Assembly (NCBI RefSeq): GCF_001194135.2
Contig: NC_068981.1
Span: forward strand, 45,060,227-45,124,226
Direction: 5' to 3'
DNA: 64,000 bases
DNA from: Octopus bimaculoides
Lineage: Eukaryota
The notes under the pieces were generated by a model, which worked only from the letters and a program-made list of their open reading frames with translations, was not told the origin of the DNA and searched no databases. The translations under genes were made by a program, and so were the position numbers. Shown one piece after another: positions 12,092 to 24,415 of this stretch; position 1 is the stretch's first letter; each line of letters opens with the position of its first letter.

Positions 12092-13398
12092 NNNNNNNNN
12101 NNNNNNNNNNNNNNNNNNNNNNNNNNNNNNNNNNNNNNNNNNNNNNNNNNNNNNNNNNNNNNNNNNNNNNNNNNGTGTGGGTGTGTGTGTGTGTGTGTGT
12201 ATTCTATCCATCTGTCATACTGTAAAACAATTTCATCATTGTCAAGGTAGAAGTAGTCATTTGGGAGGGAAAGCCCAACATTTGATGGAAACAGCTTGCT
12301 TCCAACGTCTAATAATCCTATTAAGCTCTTCAAATGGAGGTATTTTTGACAGTGTACAGTGGTTAAAATTATGAACTTCAATAGCGATAACTGAGCGAGT
12401 TGCATCACGAGATGAAGTAGACTTTAATATTTGAAACTATTATCCTTCCATTTACCTATGCAGCAGTTGAAGCATGATTATGGATCCCAATCTATTTAAG
12501 CTCTTTATAATTTCGCCTTGCTCACACGATTTTCGCACCTCCAGCATATCCTCAATCCATCTGTATTCTGTTAAATTTTGCGCATATGTAATTGTGTTGA
12601 TCGACCATTTTGACTGTTCCCTTCTCTGAAGTTATGATATTGCAGCCAGTTATGTTCATATGTAAGTGTATTGACTAACTTTAATTCGATTTGTTTGAAA
12701 TTCTTTGTTCGTAAACTGTTCAGAGAAGATGCTTAAGAGAGAGAGGAAAGAGAGAGAGAGATATCGGAAGGAGAGAGAGAGAGGGGGCGGTAAGAAATAG
12801 GAAAAATATCTAAACTTGTCCAACGGCAATTTTAATTATAAAGTGATTGTTCTGAACTTTCCCTCGAAAATCACATTAAAGAGTATTTTGAAACGAATTG
12901 GCCAGCGACTAATTGACCTGGGGATACATTGAACAACGTCGAATTGCCCGAAGAGTAATTAACCAGCGACGAAATAACCGGGAACGAATTGTCGTAGCTC
13001 ATGGGATGAGCTCCTGGATGCTAAGTACATTCCAGTCCAGGGAATAAGGAGTCATCATTTCCCTTTTCCCCTCCTTTATACGGCCACACCTTGTAAACTG
13101 CTGTCCCTGTGATCTTCCAATACAAATCAAAGTATCTCGAAAATTGAATCATCTATGAAACAATGCGAACAGGTGTGCAACACCATATGATATATTGTTG
13201 GTTATATATTCTTTATTGTTGGCTTAACTAGGCTACAACTGGTTTCATGTTAAGAGCGGTATACTTAGGCATATAAGACACATTATCATCAGTTTCATTG
13301 TGACATTTAACTGATTCAGTATTATAATTTCATAATCCTTTCCTTACTCCTAATGTCACAAAAGTTGAAATATAGAGCGAGGGAACACTAGTTTTGCG

Positions 13399-13530
13399 CT
13401 ACTACTTAATTTATCGACTGCGATAGGAAGCAAACCAAAGTTAACTTCTACGGAATTTGAACTCAGTGTGTAGCGGCTGGCCGAATGCTGCTAAGTATTT
13501 CGTCTGGTGTGCTAACGATTTTGCCAGCTC
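13399..13530 (-). mobile_element. SINE type C (tRNA-like head gagctggcaaaatcgttagcac...gagttcaaattcc)
   Basis: Reverse complement matches the copies at 20183, 43050, 52320 and 60039. B-box-like gttcaaattcc. Confidence 0.7.
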
Positions 13531-14352
13531 TTCATAATATCAACAATTAATCAATTCATACTTCAGTAAATTACTTGTTTTATCCTTTTAGTTATCAAAT
13601 TTGTGAACGTCTGTAATACAAATTGAATTGCATTATATGCTGTTTAGTGCAAGTGAAAGGAAAACATTTTTGTTTACCCCTATCTTCAAATTTATTTGCC
13701 TTGCTAATACACTGAACGCTTAATCTTAAACGGATATCCGATATATGGGTTTCTGAAACAGAATTGGCTTTATTACGACCTGGCGATATCGTAAATCTTT
13801 TGTTAGGAAACGCTAAGATTTCGCCCAGATGATTTCAATCGCATATCATTACTCAATTCAAATATATATTACACTCGGGAGCAAGAACTGGATTAGAGTT
13901 TTATGGATTCCCATATTTACATAGAAATATCATTTTGGCCTATACAGTGTTGCGCCAGAATATTATACTATAAATTCAGAATTTAGATACTTAAATCAAG
14001 AAATCCAGAAAGAGAGTTTAGCGCAATTGATATAGTTAAAATTCTTAGCAGTACTCTGCATGCATATTATCTGAGCACTGTCCATTATTTAAGTACATTA
14101 AGTTATATTTTCATAATAACTGACGCATCTATTTCTTCATCTATTTTTACATGTACGTATGTGTATGTTTCTGTATACCACAACCCGAAAGGAACATGGA
14201 GATTAAATAACCTACACATCTTCAGAGGAGAAAGGAACTACTATAAGAAACATTTCACATAGTAAGACTTTTACCAAACACTCTACTCTTATTGCATACC
14301 ATCCGTTGTCCAAATAAAGACAAACATGCTGCATTCAAAATTGAAATGTCAA

Positions 14353-14392
14353 CATATAGGCGTAGGAGTGACTGTGTAGTAAGTAGCTTGCT
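14353..14392 (+). mobile_element. SINE type A 5' head, split from its body by a LINE insertion
   Basis: catataggcgtaggagtgactgtgtagtaagtagcttgct matches the head of the intact minus-strand copy at 26284-26706. Confidence 0.8.
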
Positions 14393-16317
14393 AACCCATT
14401 GCGCATGTGCGTCAGTCTTGCTGTTTTCCGTTAACCAATGTGGACGTGAGTTTTGGGTCGGTCCAAAAAAAAAAAAAAAGAGAAAAGAACAATTTGAAGA
14501 GTTCGCCGGGCTAAGTCCGTTTTGTTGCTCAGCTGGGCAATACTTTATTGATTGTATTTATTTTTTCAGTAGGTTTTTGTCTAGCAGTGTGGCATCTTTG
14601 CTTTCCTTGGCAAATTTTTTGTGTGTTCGTTATACGAACAAAATTGTGTATTCGCTGTCTGTGGTAGGCGTGTTCGCTATACCATAGCGGTGAAAATTTT
14701 TATTTGTGGCTTTTTAGTCGAAAAAACTTTGTGTGAAGATACTGTGCGCCAATTTGGGGGCGTGTCCGCCCAAAGATTTGGATTTTACCATTCCTGATGG
14801 CCCGGAGTACCTGTTGGCCGAATACGGTTGTTTCTTTTGCCGTGTAGAACTGTTTTTTTTTCCTTTTCTCCTCTCAGTCTGTCTCTTTTTATGAACTGTG
14901 TGTTTGTATTAACTTTTTATTCAACGTCTTTCTTTTGTAAACATTTTTATTTATTTGACTTTTTAACATGGCAAACAATAATAAAGTGACTGCCTTGGAG
15001 TGGGAGGTTGTTCCGCCCAAGCAGTGGGTGAAAGACTTACAAAATAGAGCGGTGGTGCTAAGGACCTATTCTAGGTCGCTTGGCACCATCGTACGGGACG
15101 CTATAGAGAAAGAACTAGCAGATTATCTGCCCACTGTTAAATATATCTTTCGGGGGGGGGGCACATTTTCAACGGTCTGGTTGCTGTTTGGTACCCCCGA
15201 GGAGGCTGGTACATCTGCCAGCAGGCCCCTGGAGGGGCGCAAAATTTTTTTGCACCCCTCATACCGTGGGAAAAATAGTTACAGCCTGGGTATGTGGACT
15301 GCTCCCAGGTACCAAGGCCGGATGGATTGCTGATGCCATCCGGCAGGGCTTGGGGGAAAGAATATGTGCCCCCCCCCATTGGCTGGGGAGACGGAGAATG
15401 TCGTGGAGGCACTCGTAGAATTAAAGTCTGTGAGAAAANNNNNNNNNNNNNNNNNNNNNNNNNNNNNNNNNNNNNNNNNNNNNNNNNNNNNNNNNNNNNN
15501 NNNNNNNNNNNNNNNNNNNNNNNNNNNNNNNNNNNNNNNNNNNNNNNNNNNNNNNNNNNNNNNNNNNNNNNNNNNNNNNNNNNNNNNNNNNNNNNNNNNN
15601 NNNNNNNNNNNNNNNNNNNNNNNNNNNNNNNNNNNNNNNNNNNNNNNNNNNNNNNNNNNNNNNNNNNNNNNNNNNNNNNNNNNNNNNNNNNNNNNNNNNN
15701 NNNNNNNNNNNNNNNNNNNNNNNNNNNNNNNNNNNNNNNNNNNNNNNNNNNNNNNNNNNNNNNNNNNNNNNNNNNNNNNNNNNNNNNNNNNNNNNNNNNN
15801 NNNNNNNNNNNNNNNNNNNNNNNNNNNNNNNNNNNNNNNNNNNNNNNNNNNNNNNNNNNNNNNNNNNNNNNNNNNNNNNNNNNNNNNNNNNNNNNNNNNN
15901 NNNNNNNNNNNNNNNNNNNNNNNNNNNNNNNNNNNNNNNNNNNNNNNNNNNNNNNNNNNNNNNNNNNNNNNNNNNNNNNNNNNNNNNNNNNNNNNNNNNN
16001 NNNNNNNNNNNNNNNNNNNNNNNNNNNNGGAGTGATGAAAATTGTGAATTTGTAATATATTGAAATTGTGTAAAAAATTGTAATATCGATAGTGAAAGAG
16101 GTTTGCAACCTCATATGTGTTTTTTAATGGAAAAAAAAAAGAACACTCTTTTCGAGGGGTTATCAGTCGGCTGGCGCTGGTGCCTCTCTCATTATTTGTT
16201 TCATCCTTATCAGCCTCCTCTCATTAACGTCCATGTCCAGCCTGCAGTTACTTTATGTCTGTCTATCTTTGTTTGTCCCTTCTATGTAACACCATTATTG
16301 GCGAATTTATTGAAATA
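14393..16317 (+). mobile_element. Non-LTR retrotransposon (probably L1/Tx1-like): 5' UTR + ORF1 start, gap, 3' UTR; 12-bp TSD AAGTAGCTTGCT
   Basis: TSD at 14381-14392 and 16318-16329; about 575-bp leader; frameshifted gag-like ORF from ATG 14968; AATAAA at about 16314 abutting the right TSD. The clade assignment is inference. Confidence 0.7.
14968..15438 (+). pseudogene. Putative LINE ORF1 N-terminus, frameshifted at homopolymers, truncated by gap
   Basis: MANNNKVTALEWEVVPP...TVWLLFGTPEEA...FLHPSYRGK continues in another frame as IVTAWVCGLLPGTKAGWIADAI and then PLAGETENVVEALVELKSVRK. GC-richer than the surroundings. Confidence 0.55.
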
Positions 16318-16672
16318 AAGTAGCTTGCTTACGAACCACATGGTTCCGGGTTCAGTCTTCTACTATAGCCTCGGGCCGATTAAAGCCTTCTGAGTGGATT
16401 CGGTAGCCGGAAACTGAAAGAAGCCCGTCGTATATATGTATATATATATATATGTATGTGTGTGTATATGTTTGTGTGTCTATGTTTGTTCCCCCAACAT
16501 CGTTTGACAACCGATGCTGGTGTCTTTACGTCCCCGTAACCTAGCTTTTCGGCAAAATAGACCGATAGAATAAGTACTAGGTTTACAAAGAATAAGTCCT
16601 GGGGTCGATTTGCTCGTCTAAAGGCGGTGCTCCAGCATGACCACAGCCAAACTACTGAAACAAGTAAAAGAG
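16318..16672 (+). mobile_element. SINE type A body with internal microsatellite and a roughly 28-bp internal deletion
   Basis: accacatggttccgggttcagtc...gaagcccgtcg(AT/GT)n...gatagaataagtac...ggggtcgatttgctcg...gaaacaagtaaaagag. Lacks the ccactg..ggcac..gggcaag segment present at about 26610-26645. Confidence 0.9.
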
Positions 16673-19549
16673 TATATTTCTAATGTTGTAGCTCTTAAAA
16701 CCATAGAAAACAGTATTTCCATATCGAGGTTTTAGCATTGCCAATGACTTTATACACTTTCGTTGTTGTGAGACTGGTACTTTAATTGCTGTCTACGATT
16801 TTATATAATCTCTGATCTGAAACCAAATAAATAAGTGTAATACGACAAAAATATAAATTTCTAGCTTTTAGAATCAAAAGCATTCTTTGCTGCAATTCTG
16901 AACTGATTTGTTTACAAATGTAGTCTGAAACTCGATGACCTACAAATAACGAACGGAAAAGTACAGCATAACAATTCTGAGAAATCTATAGTCCAATGAA
17001 CGACAAAGAGGAGTCAGGAAAGTGTTCTTTCTGTTCATCATGGCCTATACACACTTATTGCAAGGCATTAACCCACTATCTATGCTGACAATCAAAACCT
17101 AGCATCGCCAAAACTTAATTCAGCACCACCAGATATTGTTACTTCACGAAATGCTGTCGTCACTACAGTCTAAATTCACCACTAATCCACAAGAATTTCT
17201 ATTCTGCTTGGAAGCAGCGAATGCAAAGACGTGTTGTCGTTAAATAAACAATATCGCTGCCTCCAGACATATCGCCGACAGTTACCTACCTACATCGTGT
17301 CTGACCAAGACCTGATAACAGGGATTCTGGTAGTTTCGAAACAAATAACATCACATGATCTGAGGGAACCAATACAGTCCTAAAATATTGAAGGCATGTT
17401 GAATTAGGTCGTTCTAAGTGTCTCGCAGTGCATTTCCTTATGATGGGATGCAGGGGAAAGAAGTGAATGCTAGAATCGCAGGTACTGGCACATTTATGCG
17501 TTATCTTCAACATTGAATCTTCGAAAGAGATGTGTGGGTGTGTGTAAAAAATGAAATCAAATTTTCGGTAATGAAAGATAGTTTACGATCGTGACTACAA
17601 TCAGTCGAAATGGGGTTCCACTAAATTATCTTTCCACTAAGGTCTGCGAAAGAATGTGAAGCTCAGAGTTTAGGAGTCTGTGTTGGGATGTCTCAGATCT
17701 AGTATTGCTGCCATATAGCTATAATGTAGCAAGAAAGTATCGCTAGATATATTTTTCAAGGCGAGGCAAACTGCGGGAGACATGGAGAGTGACAAATAAC
17801 CGTTCGTTTTCTTGCATAATATTCATTATAATTGTTGAATCCCGAAGGAAAGTGTGATGGCGGGTACCTCTCGTAGGTCCCTATTAAAGAGGTACCTGAA
17901 GAATCTGCTACTGCGTCTCTCCGAGGAATAGTGGACATCGATGTTGGATAGAAGATGGATAAATATATATATATTAGATAAAATGATTAATAGGGACTAA
18001 GATTACTTGTAGAATATATTTCTACTGATTTACTACAATATGCTGCTCGGGATGTGGATGAAAAATGATGATTGAAACTGCTGTTTATTGTTGCTATATG
18101 ACACGTATAGATACGTATAGACACGCACACCTATTTAAACACAGAATTATCATACATATATACACGAACTTATGTATGTATGTATGTATGTATGTACGTA
18201 TATATGTATATGTATATGGCATTATCGTCTTTATATGTTAGTTAGAACATCAGAAAAAAATACATGAGACATGAAGGAAGCAAAAATGTATCACGAGGCC
18301 GAAACCTTAGCGTTATAACACAGTGGCCTCCATCAATAACAAACAAGAATCCGTGTGAGGAGTGACAAAATTGATTAACTTAACTACCATATCCATGACG
18401 AAATGTTCGTACGCGAATAGCAATCGTCACGTCTGGCGTAATAATGAAACTGCAAGCCCGACATTCTTCATTATTAATCGAATTCTGAAGAACAAAATGC
18501 GGCGTTGAACAATATTTCCTAAATCAGTTATTTCTTTGTTACAGCTGTTAAGCATAGGAAGTATTCACGTTGTACATTGGAAATTACACACCTTATCTGC
18601 ATTATTTAAACCAACCTTAGTTACTATGTCTGAAATACATTTGAGAAAAAGTGTCAGTTGATACATAATATGGCAGCTGTCGCTTAAGATAAAATTTCTA
18701 TAAATACAAGAGGGAGTTAGTTTATGATGCTTGAAAGTCTCACTATATAAAGTAAAGAATCCTAAAAGTTAGATGCTTCTATACTTCCATAACTTTAAGT
18801 TGGATATATTTATAAGACGTACTCATATTTCACCAGAGAGAAAGCGCCATATTAATTCAACATCTATTTATATTTATTTCAATATATTTTTTAGTTTGAT
18901 ATCTCTTTACATTCCTTTTTAGCTGCTTCTACGTCACAACCTATTGTAATCACATTCTCAGCTGTTGCTTTGCCCATGAGTTATTAGCTGAAATTACTCC
19001 TCAAGATTATAATTAAGTTAGACCTAAGAAAAGAATGACTTCAACATACATACATACATACATACATATATACATACAGGTTCATGTAATAAGTAAGTAT
19101 ATGTGAGAAGTGTATGTATGCATTCAAGAATGACGTTTCTTCTCAAAATGTATAGTTAATTGCAGAAAACGTTCACCGAAAGACCCTCTAGCTAATGAGA
19201 ATGTATAAATGTCGATACCAATACTTCGATAATCATTTATAAAATTACGCTTTTAGGTAATTTGGGGAAACGAATTGAGCTGTATATTAAGCTCTAATTG
19301 CATATATATACCAACCACGCCTACAAATTATCATCAACTAATATTCTTGTTATCGATTCCAGAAAGACAATGATTAATTACCGTATAATATACTTAATTA
19401 ATATTTCCTCCCCAATAATGCTTATTAGAATTTAAAAAAAAAAACATATTACGGGTAATAGCATTACCACATTCATACACATACACACATGTATGTATAT
19501 ATATATATATATATGTGTTTATGTATGATTGTAAGAACCCATATTCACA

Positions 19550-19585
<36 letters not shown>

Positions 19586-20116
19586 NNNNNNNNNNNNNNN
19601 NNNNNNNNNNNNNNNNNNNNNNNNNNNNNNNNNNNNNNNNNNNNNNNNNNNNNNNNNNNNNNNNNNNNNNNNNNNNNNNNNNNNNNNNNNNNNNNNNNNN
19701 NNNNNNNNNNNNNNNNNNNNNNNNNNNNNNNNNNNNNNNNNNNNNNNNNNNNNNNNNNNNNNNNNNNNNNNNNNNNNNNNNNNNNNNNNNNNNNNNNNNN
19801 NNNNNNNNNNNNNNNNNNNNNNNNNNNNNNNNNNNNNNNNNNNNNNNNNNNNNNNNNNNNNNNNNNNNNNNNNNNNNNNNNNNNNNNNNNNNNNNNNNNN
19901 NNNNNNNNNNNNNNNNNNNNNNNNNNNNNNNNNNNNNNNNNNNNNNNNNNNNNNNNNNNNNNNNNNNNNNNNNNNNNNNNNNNNNNNNNNNNNNNNNNNN
20001 NNATCATAAAATAAGGCACATTGAAATTACTTTCAATCACCTGTGTGTTAAACTTCCAGTGTTGTAATAAATGCAAGGAAATGCGTGTGTATATGTGTGT
20101 GTTTGTGTGTGCTGTG

Positions 20117-20171
<55 letters not shown>

Positions 20172-20182
20172 GTGCGCGTGTG

Positions 20183-20318
20183 AAGGCGGCAAGCTGGCAG
20201 AATCGTAAGCATGGCGGGCAAAGGGCGATAGAATAAGTGCCAGTCGAGCACTGGGGTCGGTGGAGTCGGGTCTCCCCATTCCAAAATTGCTGGCATTGTG
20301 CCAAAATTTGAAAGCAAT
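20183..20318 (+). mobile_element. SINE type C, internally deleted
   Basis: aaggcggcaagctggcagaatcgtaagca head joined directly to gatagaataagtgccagtcgagcactggggtcg...ccaaaatttgaaa. Confidence 0.7.
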
Positions 20319-20454
20319 GCGCGTGCGGTGTGCGTGCGTGTGCACTTGCGTGTGTGGGTGTGCGTGCGTATGTGTGTGTACTGTGAACGTTTTAATATGA
20401 TTGAATGTCCAGAAGCAATTGACTACTAATTCAGCCTTCATCAAATTTACAATT

Positions 20455-21010
20455 TCTCAGAGATTCTGGCCCGGCTGCAGCTTGTCGATATCCGGAAAGG
20501 GTCCACCACACACGATGTAGATGGAGCAAGCAAATTAATGTTGGGGTCATGGAGTGTTACTACCTGAGCACACTGGTAGATGAAAGTTAGGGGTTATCGA
20601 CAACGTATGTATGATCATTGGAGAAAAGGGGATTGTTTCCACTCACGGGACAAGGACTATGTGATCAAGCTACAGAAATAAGAAAAAAACCTTTAGTTCA
20701 CCGAAGTAGAGTTCGAAGCTATCAAAAGATGGGTCTTGGAAATTAACAGCAGAGCTAACGATGAAAATACAGTTTTTACTAATAAGTGTAATCCCATAGC
20801 ACATGAAATGAGTAGTGGTAGCTTACTTGATGAGAGGCATATAGATGATCTAAGAGCAAACAATAACAATAATGGCGGCATGACAGATGAATAAAAGGTA
20901 ATCCACCACAAAATAAAGGCAAGACTACAGGAGAACGATCTCGATATTATTTGCAAAAAGGTTGATCGATGGAAATTGAACCAAGAAACCTTAGGAAAGG
21001 TGGATAAGTT
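20455..21010 (+). mobile_element. R4/Dong-like non-LTR element, N-terminal fragment
   Basis: TRCRWSKQINVGVMECYYLS..GYRQRMYDHW..LCDQATEIRK..EVEFEAIK..KVDRWKL. Homologous to the 43.4-43.7 kb N-terminus. Confidence 0.75.
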
Positions 21011-21059
21011 ATCCAGTAAAGGTTTGAAACTAGTCCATTTGGACTAGAGTAATACCTTT

Positions 21060-22500
21060 CATAGGGTAGACCACCAGTAACTGGCAGCGGTCCTCGTGGC
21101 GGCTGGGCTAGACCCAGACTTCCGAGATTAGATCACTGCCAGTTGTCGTGGGACAATGGACGGAAGGTCCTGTTAAGTTGCATGGAGTCTGGTTTGGACC
21201 GGATTCCCAGACTGAGTAGAATTGAAGAGAGGTGGCAGATGGGGTAACGGCCCTAATCCGGATCTGGTGTGAAAGGGAGCTATCCCTGAAAAGTAAGGCG
21301 GAGGTGGCGCAGGTGTATATTGCACCTGTTATCACCCACCGTCTGACTGTTGTCTCTTGTTCTGCTTCATGGCTAAACAATTTGGAACACCTCTAACGCT
21401 TTTTTGTGGATGGGGAGGAAAACCGCTTGTGAGGCGCTCTGTCTGCTGCCAAAAACCATGGCTGATGATGCACAAACATACGCTGAGGCTGAGGCACCTT
21501 TGGCTCTACCTGGACGGTGAGCAGGTGGGGAGTTCACTGGCAAAGTGATTTTTTCCGCGACTGAACTCTTTGGAGGAATTCAAAGCCAATTTCGTAAAGA
21601 GACGTAACATCACCGAATGGCAAACAGACTGCCGAGAGGCACTTGTGCTAATCCACAAGGCGGACAAGGCCGGCAGCGGGAGTACCATCTTGATACTTTA
21701 TAGCGGGCTGGTAGATTTTACGAGGTAAAACGTCCTAGGAGAGACTCTGGGGCTCGATAAGGGCCAGCTAGCCCATCTGCTGCAAAGAACTTTCGGGTGT
21801 ACCAACTACAAGTAAGTAATCCCTGTCCTGGCAGTGCTATAGGAGTGCTTTACCTGTTTGCAATAAACTGTCTAGGCATGAGATGTCTATGCTACCGGCA
21901 TGCCCAAGGTGCAAGTAGGACCGTAAAACCCTTATGTACGCCCTTGTACTGTGCCCGGAGCTTTCAGGCTTGATAAGTTACGCAGAATAGGTGATATCGC
22001 ACCTAGAAAATCTACAGTTATCAGTCGAGTCCATGATTAAGATTGCACCGCCACCCGGACATTCAAAGGAAGGTGAGGCATGATAGTATGCACAGTTGCA
22101 GTACTGAAAGCGTATATATGGAAAACTAGAATGAAAGGAGTTGCGACGGGAATATTCATCTCAGGCTGTGGTTTGCTATTCTACTTCAGATATCATCTGA
22201 AGAGTAAGATAGGGCTGGAGAAAAGATGCCTGTCGAGAAATGTAAACAGAACAAGATGGAAGGATGTGGGGGTTAATGACCCTGCTTAATCCCATCCATA
22301 GTAAAGGAGTATGATGTAGCGGGCGGACTTCACAGCCAAGGTGTAAAATTTTAGACTTATCTAATTTTAATTTTATCTAATATAAAACATCATATTTTTA
22401 AAATCTCATTAAATGAACTCATGAACACTCTTTGTTTGTAGTGCTCTGTATTTTCCCCTCTATGTTTTGATATTTTATTATTTTAATAAAGAATAAACCT
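21060..22500 (+). mobile_element. L1/Tx1-like LINE, 5'-truncated: ORF2 C-terminus + 3' UTR
   Basis: VKLHGVWFGPD; WCERELSLKSKAEV..YIAPVITHRL; FLW..KPLVRRSVCCQKP; ALPVCNKLSRH..CPRCK..ALVLC (zf-RVT-like); AVLKAYIWKTR. Ends in AATAAAGAATAAA near 22485-22498. Confidence 0.85.
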
Positions 22501-23187
22501 CTAACCGAACAATTATTCTGTGGGGACAAAGGGAACTTACTAAATGCACTCGTTCGAAAATATAACGACACAAATGGTGTCGTGTAGCCAGGTGCAGACG
22601 TTGTCTCCTTGGGCTAAATTACAGCAACTTTCATCCTAAAGCAGGACAGAGACCTTATGTTGGCAAACAATCTTTACTCAACAAATCCGATATATATATA
22701 TATNNNNNNNNNNNNNNNNNNNNNNNNNNNNNNNNNNNNNNNNNNNNNNNNNNNNNNNNNNNNNNNNNNNNNNNNNNNNNNNNNNNNNNNNNNNNNNNNN
22801 NNNNNNNNNNNNNNNNNNNNNNNNNNNNNNNNNNNNNNNNNNNNNNNNNNNNNNNNNNNNNNNNNNNNNNNNNNNNNNNNNNNNNNNNNNNNNNNNNNNN
22901 NNNNNNNNNNNNNNNNNNNNNNNNNNNNNNNNNNNNNNNNNNNNNNNNNNNNNNNNNNNNNNNNNNNNNNNNNNNNNNNNNNNNNNNNNNNNNNNNNNNN
23001 NNNNNNNNNNNNNNNNNNNNNNNNNNNNNNNNNNNNNNNNNNNNNNNNNNNNNNNNNNNNNNNNNNNNNNNNNNNNNNNNNNNNNNNNNNNNNNNNNNNN
23101 NNNNNNNNNNNNNNNNNNNNNNNNNNNNNNNNNNNNNNNNNNNNNNNNNNNNNNNNNNNNNNNNNNNNNNNNNNNNNNNNNNNNNNN

Positions 23188-23230
<43 letters not shown>

Positions 23231-23232
<2 letters not shown>

Positions 23233-23620
23233 TTTCTCTTTTATTTCTTTATTTCAGTCATTATACTGCCGCTATACCGGGGCACGCCTTGAAGAATTTA
23301 TAGTCGAATATAGCCACACCACTACTTTTCATTTGAGCTTGGTATTTATTTCCTCGACCTCTTTTGCCGACCCACTAGATTACGTGCATATAAACATACC
23401 AACACCAACACTAGTTGTCAAAGCTTGGTAAGGGAGGCAAGCACAATCACACATGATAATATACATATGTATACGACGAGCTTCTTGCAGCTTCCTTCTA
23501 CCAAATCCACTCACAAGTCTTTGACCGGGCCGAGTGTAGAGTAGAAGACACCTGCCCAATTTACCACGCAGTGGGACTGACTCTGGAACTATGTGGTTGG
23601 GAAGCGAGCTTCTTATTACA
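23231..23620 (-). mobile_element. SINE type A, diverged full-length copy
   Basis: Aligns by eye with 26284-26706 and 16318-16672. Confidence 0.85.
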
Positions 23621-24309
23621 CATCTATTCTTGCGCAGATTTAAACGTGTCTTGTGTTTGTGTTTTTGCTCCTAGGAATATCTGGGCGTAGAATCATATAT
23701 AAATAAATATAAGCACATATACATTTGAAAGTACGTGTGCGTAAGTAAATGGCAAACGAAATCTGTGTCTAATATTTGATGTTATCCACTTGCGTGGGAT
23801 ACTGACATGGTAAGTAGCATGTTCTTAGGACTGAGTTCATAAGTTAAAAATCAAATTTCTTCATTTTCTTCGAAGGTAATTAATGTGGACTTTACAGCCA
23901 AATGCAAATTTAAAATACTTTTCACTGGCATCTCAAAATAGAAATGAAATGTAACATTAGCAGAATATAATGAGGGCTGCCTTAAGACTTTTAATTCGTT
24001 AAAAGGATTTTAGCGTAAATGAAGAGAATCATTTCAATAATAAAAACACCACACATACACACACACACACATACAAACATAGAGGAGCACACGGACTTAC
24101 ACTCACATAACACACACATGTTATATCGGGAAAAATGTTATACATAAGTATACATGTGTGCTCCTGAAATGTGATCGTATCCATACAGCGTATACAGTAC
24201 TATGTTCAGCGGAGATTCTGATAAAGAAAATTGCATTCGCAATGAATTCAAAAGACATGAGATGGAAAGCAAAATTTAAAAGTCAAAAAAGTCTAAACTG
24301 ATATCTTCT

Positions 24310-24415
24310 GAGAACGGTAGAATAAGTATTAGGCTTACAAAGAATAAGTACTGGGGTCGATTTGCTCGATTAAAGGCATGGTCGCAGTTACATGACTAAA
24401 ACAAGTAAAAGAATA
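24310..24415 (+). mobile_element. SINE type A 3' fragment
   Basis: gtagaataagtattaggcttacaaagaataagtactggggtcgatttgctcg...aaaacaagtaaaag. Confidence 0.85.

Noticed and set aside
14393-22500. Idea that the 14.4-kb ORF1 and the 21-22.5-kb ORF2 are one interrupted element
   Set aside because: The first is closed by its own TSD at 16318, and the two 3' UTRs are not similar.
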